A DNA stretch of 64,000 nt from Phoronis australis (Eukaryota > Animalia > Phoronida): positions 575,247 through 639,246 of the forward strand of contig NMRA01000115.1 of assembly GCA_002633005.1 (NCBI GenBank), written 5' to 3'. Positions 12,610 through 24,335 of this stretch are shown here, piece after piece. The position numbers were made by a program, and so were the translations under genes. The stretch's first letter is position 1, and every line of letters begins with the position of its first letter. The notes beneath the pieces were generated by a model, which did not search any database, was not told the origin of the DNA, and was given only the letters and a program-made list of their open reading frames with translations.

Positions 12610-14225
12610 TAGAAAGCTATATCGGCGATTTAGAAGGAATTTCATTGTCATCTGTCAGCAGAGTATACATTCATGCAAATAGGTCAAATGTCAAATTTTT
12701 ATACTTTACAATAATTTATAATGAAGTGCAATTTATATAGTGCTTTCGCTGACTCACTGGAATGTATTTAATATTAAGAGATTTAATTGTCATCAAATAC
12801 ATACTGGCAATTTTTTAGACAAGTTTTAGTTTATCTAGATATGAAACAGTGAACAGTGTCAGCAGTTTTCAGAAAGGAGACATTTTCGACTTCAGGATGC
12901 TCTGTGAAGAAGGTAGATTCTTTACAAGGGCGAGTTGATGTTCTCACAAGTTTCATTGTACATAGTATTCAATGTATGCTCTTAGAAGACGGAACCAGTA
13001 AACGGTACACGGCAATTGATCATGTGAAAAGGAAATTGAGATTTGAGAAGCGAAATTTTAAAGCAGTTTCGATGTCGGAGGTCAATCGCTTGACTAGGGT
13101 TTGAGTGACGAATGCGTACAACGTGCGCTTATACTGCTGGCTGAGGAGGAATATCTTGGAGCCCCCTGTGTTTGTTCTACCTTGGTGCTCCCGGATATTA
13201 TTAATCACCTGGATGTCTGTATATTCTTACCCAGCTTAGGTAGACTTATCCTAAAGTTAGTTGTGTTGAACGTTTGTCTTTGAATGCGCGTGTTTGTCGG
13301 GTGTTGGGTTGGGTACTGGTAGATTAGTGTATTTGATAAAATTGTTTAGCACTTTCATGCAAAACCCAAGATATTAACGTTAAGAAAAACTTTGATTTAA
13401 GATGCGTTATTCATTTCATAACATCGAATACATATCTGTTTTGTACGTAATATAATGGTCTAGCATTATACTGAGTGATACCAGTGCACTGTTTTACGAC
13501 TTAAGTTTTGTATATTCCTTTGTTCATGTATGTTTTCCAGTGTATCAATGACTGGATAATTAATGAAGATTTCGTTGTATTTTCCACCCAACATTTCGTG
13601 AAACCGGAATTGTCAGCGGACATTGTGAAACATGCAACATCATCTAAATGGAATCGATGTTTGTGAACACGTCCTTCGTACCGTTCATGCTTGGAATTTT
13701 CCTCTTAAGAGGAGTTCCTCTTTTCAGCTTCGATTTTCAGTTTCTTGTTTTTTTTTTGCCTCTTTTTGTTATTATATTGACTTGCAAAAACCTTTATCTC
13801 AGTTAAAGTTAAAACACAGAAAATATTTGTATCACACAAACCTTATGTGGAAATGTTCCTCTTTTTGTCATTGGTCATCCCTAGCCCTGGCCGTTGTATA
13901 AGTGTTATGATTCATCAGTTACTTACGCATGACTATTTTTTGTGATCATTTGAAATAAAATCGTCTACTTCATCGTCAGTCATAGTGGATAAGTTTTGAT
14001 TATTTAACTCAACTAGCGTGGCCTAATTTCCGGTACAGATTTTTGACCAACCACTGATTGGCAGTGGTTGGTCAAAAACCTGGTTGGCAACCATATGAAT
14101 GATGGGTGGCAACCTTTCTCGGTTGTTTGTCTGAGGAGATTTTGCTCTATTGCGCAGATTGAGCTTACTCTGGAAAGCGTTTGGAACATTTTTCCTCAAT
14201 TTTTATGAGAACAAGGTTGTAGAAG

Positions 14226-14549
14226 CAGGGGCGGATCCAGGATTTTGAGTTGGGGGCCCAGGGCACAGAAATAACCAGAATTTCGTCACATGCGCGAGCT
14301 CAGCCCAAAGTAGAGATGCAGAGTTCTCGAATTTTTGGGTTTGTGTTTCTTATTTACTAAAAAACATTTACTAAAAAACGGTAAGCGGGGTTTGTTCAAG
14401 GCCTGTGCATTGTGCATTCGCCCCCCGAACATCCTGGGTGCGCGCATATGCTACTCAGCAATTCGAATCCCGAACTCCAAAATGGTATCTGGGAGAATTT
14501 TAGGGGGCTATGGCCCCCTTGTTCCCCCCACCCCCTAAATCCACCACTG
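14226..14549. mobile_element. MITE with CAGGGGCGGAT/ATCCACCACTG TIRs and a 5-bp TSD
   Basis: AGAAG duplicated at 14221-14225 and 14550-14554; G/C-run subterminal blocks. A related end fragment lies at ~24477. Confidence 0.8.
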
Positions 14550-15179
14550 AGAAGTATCATTTCTTGAAACCGAAATGATGGGACCAAGTCCCACGATGCA
14601 ATACATTGTGTGTCTGATCGGCTGGACCGTCCCTGTATATGTAGCTTTACCTGCTTCTGGCATCTTTGCACGACGAGTTAGATGGTTAATTTACATACCC
14701 GAGTTGGGAATAAAAATCGGCGGGCGCCTCTGGTCATCGATCACGGTTATCAGAAGTACAGCGGGTGTACGCTCCTTACTCGGATCGGCTCACTGCACAA
14801 CATTTGCAGAGTTATTATTTTTAGTAAGTTCATTTTTTAGAAATCGGTGAAGAGGTTCCAAATAACTTCTCTTGTGTGCACCCAGCCTAAAAATGAGGGA
14901 GTTTGAATTTTTGAGAATGTGGACCTTTTACGAAGATTCACGTGTCGTGTTCAGAGCCTTGAATTGTGCATTCGCCGAATTTTGGTAGTTCCTTCATTTT
15001 TAGTTGACTTTTGTCTCAATTTCTACTTTTTCGGAGTTTGCTGGCATCAAAAGCCGGCAACGCAGTGGTTTATTCATTGGTGGCTTCTCAAAAATTTGCA
15101 CTTTCGAGCACTCCAAGGCATTACAAATTGTATCTAATGAGACGGACTTTGTTTCAGTTTCATACTAGCATTGGTTAGG

Positions 15180-15812
15180 ATCATTTTAGGAAGAGAGTAA
15201 TTCATTTTGAAACAGAACGCAGAATAATAAACGTCTACATGGCAATTCGCTAGGTGCCAATCCCTATTTAGTCAAGAGCTCGTGCGAGGAAGACTTCACG
15301 GGTCGGATCGTTAGGTTTCACAGGCTATCAGTTCGAGTCGGAATACACTGATCAAGAAATACTAGAGAGGCGCCGTGAACATGCTTAGGCAACGGAACGT
15401 ATGGATAGTTCTCTGGTAAGCGGGAATTTGTCAGAGAAATCACTGTCGACGAAATGTCGGCAACACACGGAGATGTTTCACGGCCTCATACTTGCTATTA
15501 AGAGCATACTTTTCATTCTTCACTACCGCGAGCCACTCCCTATGCATTTTGAGCTCTCGAGGAAGTCGAAAAACGATATATCCGCTTTCTTCGCAGCTTC
15601 ATAGTTCGGACAAGCGGGAACGATGCACCGCAATAGAGCGGCATTCACTCTGCAGACGAACCACTGACGTCCCTGCGTCGCTTCTCACCTTCCTCACGGG
15701 TTAACGCGACGCCTCTCGGCAAGGTGAGGTCGACCGTATAAGAGGCGATGTGGATATAGACCGATTAAGAAGGTAAAAAAGACTAATTATATCGGGTTTC
15801 ATTCACCTTTAA
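15180..15812. mobile_element. Kolobok-like deletion derivative: THAP relic on minus, converging accessory-ORF relic on plus
   Basis: Minus 15644-~15434, allowing frameshifts, gives CIVPACPN...ISF-RLPRELKMHREWLAVVK...HLR(V)CCRHFVDSDF, a complete THAP C2CH pattern. Plus ~15311-15385 reads LGFTGYQFESEYTDQEILERRR. The element ends ...TTCACCT|TTAA (15809-15812). Left boundary uncertain. Confidence 0.65.
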
Positions 15813-16230
15813 AGAGTTCTCGCCATGCATGTTCTTATTTTTTGAGGTTTTAGTTGGCTAATATGAAAAGAATATAAAATCTAATAAATGAGCACTTTTT
15901 ATGTTAAATAGTTGCGAGTTCTTTTAACTTTGAAGGAAAATTAGTTATTTCCAAGTTTCCCACCAAATGCTGTGGTGAGTGGAAGATGTTTGGTCACTTG
16001 ACAATCACAAGCAATGGCGGAACACAGTAGATCATAAGACGAGGACGATTTTGAGCGAGAGCTGGACAATTAATATGTAGACAGAAAGGAGAGTGGACAG
16101 GTGCATCACACTCAAAGACTTGACGAATCAGACAATGAATTCGATTTCCCACTCAGCGAACTTTCGTCAGCTTTGAGGCCGTATGAACTCGATCCACTCG
16201 CACGAGAAATCCTGCAGACTTAGTGAGTCA
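15809..16230 (+). mobile_element. Second Kolobok-like fragment with an acidic ORF relic
   Basis: Starts TTAA-AGAG; decayed ORF MAEH...DEDDFERELD...LRPYELDPLARE resembles the PYxFEP-type motif seen in the neighbouring element. Confidence 0.4.
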
Positions 16231-16629
16231 CAACCAACTGAACCACGGGGTGGTCAATATTCACAAAATGACACTTACTGTAATCACTGACAAAGGCCAC
16301 AGAAAACCTGGGTGGAATGAGCATGGTCTAAAAAACTTTCGTAGCACTTGATCTGGGCCGGGGTCGAGGCCTTACCCTAGGAATGGGAGCAGTTTGTGTT
16401 GGACGTGACACAGGCGCTGCAAGGGTACGTGCATAGGTCACATTCATGTCCACGGAACTAGGAAACTTTAAAACTGAAGTCGCTATTCCTCTATTTTCTC
16501 GATTTTGGGGTATTGCCGGAATTCACAACTGTGATCTGCAGTGCAATAAAGGAAGGTTTTAAAGATGCTGACAATGTACTAACTTGTCATATGTGGTTTT
16601 AATCACTCTGTTTGTCGATTGCCTATGTA

Positions 16630-17760
16630 TTTTCAGTTCTTTGGTGGATTTTCATGAAATTTGCCAAAAAGGTTTCTATTAAGGAGACTGTGATGACTTT
16701 CCATTTTCAGATGGATTTTACGTATTTAGCGCCGTCTTGTGGTCCGATTTTTAAATTTATGTGTCAACTTTGGCGTCCTCCTCTCTAATCGCAAAACTAC
16801 TCGAAGGACCATAATAATTGAAAGATGTGTTCTTGGCGAGAAGACCCTGGCTGATGTTGGTTTTGGTACTACTGTGGCTCAACAAGGTTTTGTGTCCCGT
16901 GCTGCTTAAATCTTGTGCAGGATTTTTCCGAGATGTGGCCGGTGTTTGCCTATGACACTCACAACGGATAACTACTAGTTTAGGATCAATCCCACTGCCG
17001 CTGCGCACCATAGTGAGTTGCATCTTTTTTATTTGCCGCTGTATTTTCGGGTGGACTTTCGTGACATTTGGAAAACAAATGCTTTTATGAGACGTTTTGA
17101 CCGGATTCGACGTATTCTGCACCAGATAGTTGTCATTTTTAGTATTTTCGAGTTCGTTTCCGACTCTTATGATCCGCTAAAGTACTAAACGGGTAATGAT
17201 GACTGCATATGTATGTTGCTCATGAGAAGACCAGAACTGGCGTTGATTTTTCGACGGACCTGACAACTGTAGCGTTTGGTTGTTGAGATTTTGTCATTTG
17301 CGTTCATGGCTGTATCAATTTAATCATTTGCTGGATTTTTGTGCCAACTGTTTTCCTATAAATGGGACAAAGGCCTGCCCGACCTTTGGACGGGGCTGAA
17401 TACCGTTACGCCCTCTAGCGCAATTTTAGTTTTTACCTTTGCTTCCGTACCTTCAGATTTTCATGAAATCTGACTAACAAGTTTCTGTTTTGGAGATGAC
17501 GGTATTTTTCATTTTGGGACGGTTCAACGTATTCTGCTTCACCTAGTGACCATTTTTATTATTTTCGAGTCAGTTTTTGATATCCTTCAAAGCACCCATA
17601 GGATCATAAGAGTATTGGTAACACCACAACTAGTGTTGATTTTCAGACGGGTCTTACTGCTGTGGTGCCCTTAGTGGAAGTTTGCATCTGCAGCTGTATC
17701 TCCTTACCCCTTGCAGGATCTTTGGGAACTTGGCAAGTGCTTTCCTATTAACATGACAAC
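16630..17760 (+). repeat. Old, diverged copy of the HINE tandem array (opposite orientation to 59279-61280)
   Basis: Blocks such as GGATTTTCATGAAATTTG...TTTTCAGATGGATTTTACGTATTTAGCGCC and CACCTAGTGACCATTTTT..TTTTCGAGTC match the reverse complement of the array subunits. Confidence 0.75.
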
Positions 17761-20700
17761 AGCTGTGCCTTCTGCCGTCTTCCTGAAATACTGAACATTT
17801 ACAGAACGAAGCGCATCGGACACACACAACAAAAATCGTTGGTCACCTTGCATTCAGTACCGTACCATGAACATTGTGAGCGTTAACTATTCCCATGATT
17901 CAACTCTTCGAAGTGGCAGTTCAATCATTTTCAGTGGCAGCCATTTTTAGCGTTCGCAAGTAAGGTCGCGAGCGAGATGTTGCAATTGCAAAAGCATGGT
18001 CTTAACTCGCTCACACATGAGACACCTATTCTTCCAACTTTGTTTCATAAAAAGATTTTTTCCAAGTCAACTCTTTTCACACACCATGACTTCAGGTTGC
18101 ATCCACCAATCGGAGAGAGCCGTGCACTTGCCTCCCTCATCACCACGACACGCGTGAACCTGTTGATACTATATGTGAATGTGTTCACCTGTCACACGTG
18201 TCTATTGGTGGTGAACAATTGGGTGGGTGTGTGCCTGATACACTATCGTTTCTGTCTGTGTCACCGCCGTAATCGTCACTAATGCACATATTAAATGACC
18301 AGCTTAGGCTAAATATATGTAACAGCCTGTCCGAACATTACAACTGAACGCAGTGCAATGGTAAACAAGTGGAGATAAAAAGGTTTATTTTTGTCTCAAC
18401 AATATAAATTCATATATCCACCACTCCTCTTAACATCCACCGTGCACTGATCTGACACCAGGCAATCCTGTCGGAAGGCTGTGAAACTTAAACGAATTTG
18501 TAATGTGGCAGCACAGTCTAAGTATGTGGCTTTGACGTGTACACGTGCCGATTTAGACGCACGTCAGTCTACTAAAAAATAATTATACCTGTTCGAATTC
18601 GTCATGTTGAACATTTCGTAAAATAGATCTTGATCAGGATTTCGCACTCACTGCCGAGTTTGCCCGTCATGGTCAGCCGAAATAGTTGAGGATTCATTTT
18701 CATTAACAAAATATATTAGTTAACTATTCTGGTACTGTGCTACCTCACAAAGCCGGAGAATTCGAGGATAACATATGTCCCAAATAAGCACTCATGGACT
18801 CAAATGAACACTATAACATGATTTTGCCCGCGATAAGGTCTACAGTTTTACGCCTGACTTTGCTGATCATGTACCACAATTCAAGTATTTTTATTTTATA
18901 AATGATTCTTATGTTTAACAACTGTAATTTTTTAATTTTTAAATTTGTCATTTAATGTCCTTTTCTGAGAAGGTAGAACAGGCTGACTGTTGCCTCACAA
19001 CTTAAACTCAACTCTTGTAACGCAGTGCGGGGCTTGATTTTGAGATTTAGTTCTACAGTGCAAATCAGGTTACTTGTACTGTTGTACTGCTTGAGAACAG
19101 GATATAGTTTCAGTAAATTATAGTTGTCACAACGTGGTAGATTTCACTTCAAGACATTGGACTATCTGCATACAGTAGAAAACGTTTTACACTGCGTCTT
19201 CATGAAAGGTGACACCAATACCGGATGTGCAACGACAAAAATTGTCTTAGGCTATGAACATGTCAAATACCGACACTATGTCATGCGGTGAAACTTCCCG
19301 TTCGTTTTTTCCTTCCTGGTTTTTCCTTACAGCGCTCTCTTGTGTATTTTTTACGAGTCCACACAGGGGAGCTTCCCCTGTTCTCTCACCCTAGCATTCA
19401 CACAGGTAAACCTGTATGACCAAAATATTTATCCTTGTGCGCCCGTATTTCTTGTCATCTAATATATTACAATTCTTATTTATCGATGTATGTGTTTGGA
19501 TTTTCGATACACTTAGCATTGTAGCTATTTTGTTCTGTCAAGCTAGTAATACAGAATTGTTCACAGTCTTTATTCCGTTACGTTCATACCTTCGGAACAA
19601 AACTCTACTCTCAACTGAACATAGATAAAGTAACTCACCCAGCGACATAATTAAAAGACACACGATATATTTCGAAACATACTTGTTTCATTCTCAGCTG
19701 AAGATAAAATGACGTAGTAATGCCACCACAGAGCATAAGCTGATGACACACACAGTGGGACACGGCGGGTGTGAAATACTGTAAAGAATGACTAATGAAG
19801 GTGGGTAACAGGAAAGTCACGCAAACAAGTGTAACGTGCGGCGCCACCCTGCTAGTAAGGTCACATTTTCTTTTGTAAATGGTAATCCAAAGTTGTCAAA
19901 CTGAAGTGCACTTCTCATGTCAATATCCATCCTTGTACACTGAACATCTAATAAGCATTAATTCAAAAACCTGAGTTTAATTCGCTTCAGTGGTAGAGTG
20001 TGCGCCACACAGACTAAAGGACTTTTGTTCACTTGTTATTTGACTGCCCCAGGGTGCGTAAGTGTGCAGAGGTTTCGTTACTGTGGACTATCTTGAATGG
20101 ATGTGAAAGCAACAAGTTAAGCGATGAAAGTATTCGGTGAACTTGCGCTCGCTACCTTCACATAGGGTTGGGTGAAAAGATCGTTGAAATTCAAATACAA
20201 GATAATTCTAAATGTTGTTTTTGTTCATTAATTTGCACAGTATTCGGAACAGCAAATCGATTAAAAACGAATCTACCTGCTGGAGGCATTTTAAGTACTG
20301 CTAAAAGGCATTCTAAGTTACTAAATAATAAGCCACAGGTCACAGTCCAGCTATGGTATGGGAACAAACTTGGTAAATTCAACATGATCAGGATGAGGTA
20401 AGATAAACCGGAAAATGAAGAGAAAGACGAAGAAGGAGAAGAAGTTGAACAAAAAGAGTGGAGTACTAATGACCACACGCATGATGGGAACGTAAAAGCA
20501 GCATCAGAGGAGACCAATAAACGTCAGCACTGCGGGGCCATGCACTAACGTTAAGTTAACAATGATGTTTTCTCGGTGTCAACGACCTTTAGGACAATTT
20601 AAAAGCGAAGGTGGTTTTAATATCTCGTTTTGTTATTTTTGTCTTGTCCCATTTATTACATGTAGGTTGTCTTATTTAGCGTATTTTGGGGAGCATCTTA

Positions 20701-21783
20701 TGTGAAAGTTTAACTTCAGTGTTATGCCACCTTCAAAATGTTGACAATTGCGTGTTGTAATCCTACTCGTATACAGTTCGATAGCACATTTGCCGAAAAC
20801 TTGACAAACTATCAGAATTTTGAAATTACGTTATTGTAAAACTGTACCCAGTCTACTATGGACAAAGAATTTTGGTGTTGAACTTTAGACATAGCAGAAA
20901 TTTCAATGGAGGTCATAGGTTAAAATGCTTCGAATGAAGTTAACAGGACGCGGGCAAGGAGCTCATCTGACAATAAAGCATACTCTGTCTATAAATTTTA
21001 AATAATTGGGTTGTTGTGTTTCAAGTAAGTGCCTTGATAGGTCTGAAATTATAATTTTATGACGAATAAATATATTTATTTAGTGCTTAGAAAAAAGGCA
21101 TTTGAAGAATCTAACCGGTGCTTGTTTGACAAAAATTATTTTCGGTAAAAATGAATTTTGAATTGATGTCAGTGACTCTTGTGGATCAATGTTTCATACG
21201 AACTCACTGTCTGGCGTTTTTTTGCCACGAATTACACAGTAGGGGGCGCTTAGGCTAATCCGAAAGGCGTTATGGTTCGTTTGTTAGGATGGTTGTTGAA
21301 ATAATACCATGTAGTAAATGGACTTGACAGTGCCATCACGATCTTCAGGCGATCGAAGTATTTTACAACAGAAAAATTATGAGATCCTTTTTCGCATAGA
21401 AAAACGCATATTCAACAATAAACTTAGACACCACAGGACAATATATCTGAGTTGCAGATTTCAAATCGGAAAAGACATAAAACAATTTGTTAAACGAAAT
21501 TTATTATGAAAGGATCAGGGTGGTTACCATTTTAAAAACATAAACCAACTGCTATTAATCAGCGTTTCGTCCAAGCAAACTGCTGAGTTTGACCATTTAC
21601 CGCTATAAAATCGGTGCGTACTTGATTAAAATGAGAAGTGATTTACGGATTTGTAAAGAACTGACATTTGGTTATTGCAATAGGTCATGATCAGTGCATG
21701 AAATAACACACAGTGACATGCCAACTTGTAGAGACTGATCGGAACCAATAACGAGTGGTCAGTTCTTTATAAGCCTGGCGTAC

Positions 21784-21919
21784 GTTCAGTAACGCTAGGA
21801 CCTACGCTGTGACCTAGCTAAAATTAAGTCAGTCACGTGTTTTCATTGAAAATACATGGCAGTGACTCCCGTTATCTCGCGAAGTCTTGCTTTTTTGCTA
21901 GATCCTAGCGTTACTGCAC
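21784..21919. mobile_element. MITE family A, copy 2
   Basis: GTTCAGTAACGCTAGGACCTACGCT...GATCCTAGCGTTACTGCAC; interior similar to 11230-11375. Confidence 0.8.
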
Positions 21920-22880
21920 AGGAGGCTGGTTTCATTTCCATTTTGACTACGGAGTAATTTGAGACCACTTTCGTAACACCAAGTGGTTTAAATCAAAAGT
22001 TTGTTTTTTGTGTTGGAAAGCATTTCACTACTGTTTAGCTGTCAACGTTTAATTCCTAAACGAATTGCTTTGGGGTTGAAAATTATTCCCAGGCTCAACC
22101 GATCTTCAACTTTTTTCGATTTTGCTGACAAGTCACGTCATAGGAGATGCCTATGCATACTTGCGCCATTTTCGACTTCGCAATTCTTTGGTTGGCCAAC
22201 AGTCTGAAGCGCGAACAGTGGCCCAAAGATGATATCGCGTGTTGTTTTTTTTTAATTATCTCGGGATCTCGAGATTACGACTTACTAATCTCGAGATCTC
22301 GATTCTATCAACATAGTCTGTTTTCAAATGCCCACCGGCCTCAACTAATAAGTAGTTTGGATAAAACACGTTGCTAACTAAATTGAATGCATGGTCAGAG
22401 GCGCCGAGATGGGGTGGATAGGAGGGCCCACAACCCCTGGGGACAATGGCATTTAATAGGGCCCGTCGGTGAAGGAGAAAAGGCAAAAAGCGACACAACA
22501 AAATACAACAGTTCCAGAGGGTTGGGCTGGTTGGCCTCGGTTGGCAAGGATAATAAAGGGTGAACCGATTTTCAGCGGCATCCTTGCCGAAAAATGGTTT
22601 GAGTAGCACCCGAGCAAAGCTGTAGTATTAAAGCTGGCGGTTCCTACTTATAATGTACTCCAAGAAGAACCTTTTCAATCGTACTACTTAAACCCTCACA
22701 TTTCTGAGCCTTGACATGGTAATGGGCACATCACTTTATCATATAATTCAAATGGCAGGTGCACTGGAAAATATACATTTTATGCAATAAGGTAAATGAC
22801 TAAACTTTCAACGTTTGTAAAAGCACATGCGTGAAACCGGGTATAAGTAAATGACAATATTTATAAAACAACGAAATTTT

Positions 22881-22931
22881 TCAACTGCAAGATGTTTCGA
22901 TGTCTCATACATCATCATCAGGACAATCAAT
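22881..22931 (-). ncRNA. Degenerate minimal type I hammerhead ribozyme motif (Penelope-type)
   Basis: Minus strand UUGAUUGUC-CUGAUGA-U-GAUGU(AUGAG)ACAUC-GAAA-CAUCUU-GCAGUUGA. Core boxes and stem II are intact; stem III and the cleavage triplet are imperfect. Confidence 0.45.
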
Positions 22932-23914
22932 CGAGGCCATCTACAGTCTTGACCCACAAAGTGCATAGTGGAGCACAGGACACATCATAGCAACAAAACA
23001 TCAACGACAACGCTTATGTTTAGAACATCCCTCTGGCGTCATACTCATAAACTAACATAAACTAACAGTGAGCTGGGAGTGTAGGACCAAATTTCTGTCT
23101 TAAATCTTCATTTTCAAGAAACAGACCCCTAATGCATTGTTATCGTTGTGGCTCAGCAGAAGACATTGTCTGGCAAGGGTGTCATTTCCTGTCCGGTAGA
23201 CTATGAACGTTCAGGACACTATGATTGTTGCTTAGCCTCGGAGGATTAACTCTTGCATGATGTGCAGTGCTCCCCACACCATAAATCCTTGGGTGTCAAG
23301 ATTTTGACACTTGCGACGTTAGCTTCGTTCAGGAAAGCCATGGGCGCGCAGTCCTTTTAGTTCAAATCGAAAATACATTCAAGTTCGTCGCTGTATTGAC
23401 TTCCTTATTTGGACAGTCACCTACGTGAACTGACTAGCCTGGTAGGTGTCGCACCAGTGCAGCGTACATGTACTTACTTACCCTTCTCTGATACAGCGCC
23501 ACCTATACAAAAAGTGCACTGTGAAAGAGTGTAGGTATTACTACAAAGGCTAACACCAGCGCAGTCTATATACGCGGATAATGTGTCGCCGTATTACACA
23601 ATGGAAATCAACATAGAATTTTAAAGTAGACTAAAAACGATTATTGTGATGAGAGGGCCAGTCTGTGTCGTGAGAGGGCCAGCGTTACTCCACGTCATTT
23701 CTAGCTCATGGCGGACCCGAGTCATGGCGGGGCCCGGTTTTCCTCTCAGCCAGCCGATAAGTCTCCGCATTATTCATAATGCTTTGACTTCATCCAGAGG
23801 CAATTTCAACGACAATTCCAACTCCAATTGGGTCTATAAAAGCATCTAGATGTCAAACGCAGTGGGGGGCTAAAGCCTCCCAGCCCCCCCCCCTGTGGTG
23901 CACCGCCTATAGAC

Positions 23915-23983
23915 CATGGGCGGCGCGGCACTGAAAAAGTGGGGGGCTATAGCCCCTCGGCCCCCAATGGTTCACAGCCCATG
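23915..23983. mobile_element. 69-bp micro-MITE (CATGGGC...GCCCATG), copy 1
   Basis: Short TIRs with an internal GGGGCTATAGCCCC palindrome; same-length sister copy at 36431-36499 and a partial copy at ~23860-23910. Confidence 0.7.
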
Positions 23984-24218
23984 TCAAAGCATGCAACTTT
24001 TTTTGTTTAGTCGGGGAAACAGGTAATGTTCCAAAAATAATTTTGAAATTCTGCTAAGTCTTTTCCGTCTGGGCCTATATCTTTGACATGAAATAAAAGG
24101 AGGTGATATGGCGAACGAAGATTTGGTAGAATATGAAATGTTGCCACACGATTGTTGTTTACACGTGAAGAGATTAACTTAGGCATGCGCAGACGCGTCC
24201 ACATCATAGATTCTTGGG

Positions 24219-24335
24219 TAGAGTTCAGTAACGCTAGGACCTACGCTAAGACTTTCGGCTTAAAAGCAAGACTTCGCGATATTACGTGAGCGATTGCCGT
24301 GTATTTTAAATGAGAACATGTGATTTTGGCCATAT
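24219..24335. mobile_element. MITE family A, truncated copy 3
   Basis: TAGAGTTCAGTAACGCTAGGACCTACGCTA followed by interior sequence in reverse orientation relative to copy 1. Confidence 0.75.

Noticed and set aside
20400-20470. Purine-rich stretch reading as Glu/Lys-rich peptide
   Set aside because: Short low-complexity sequence without a sustained ORF.
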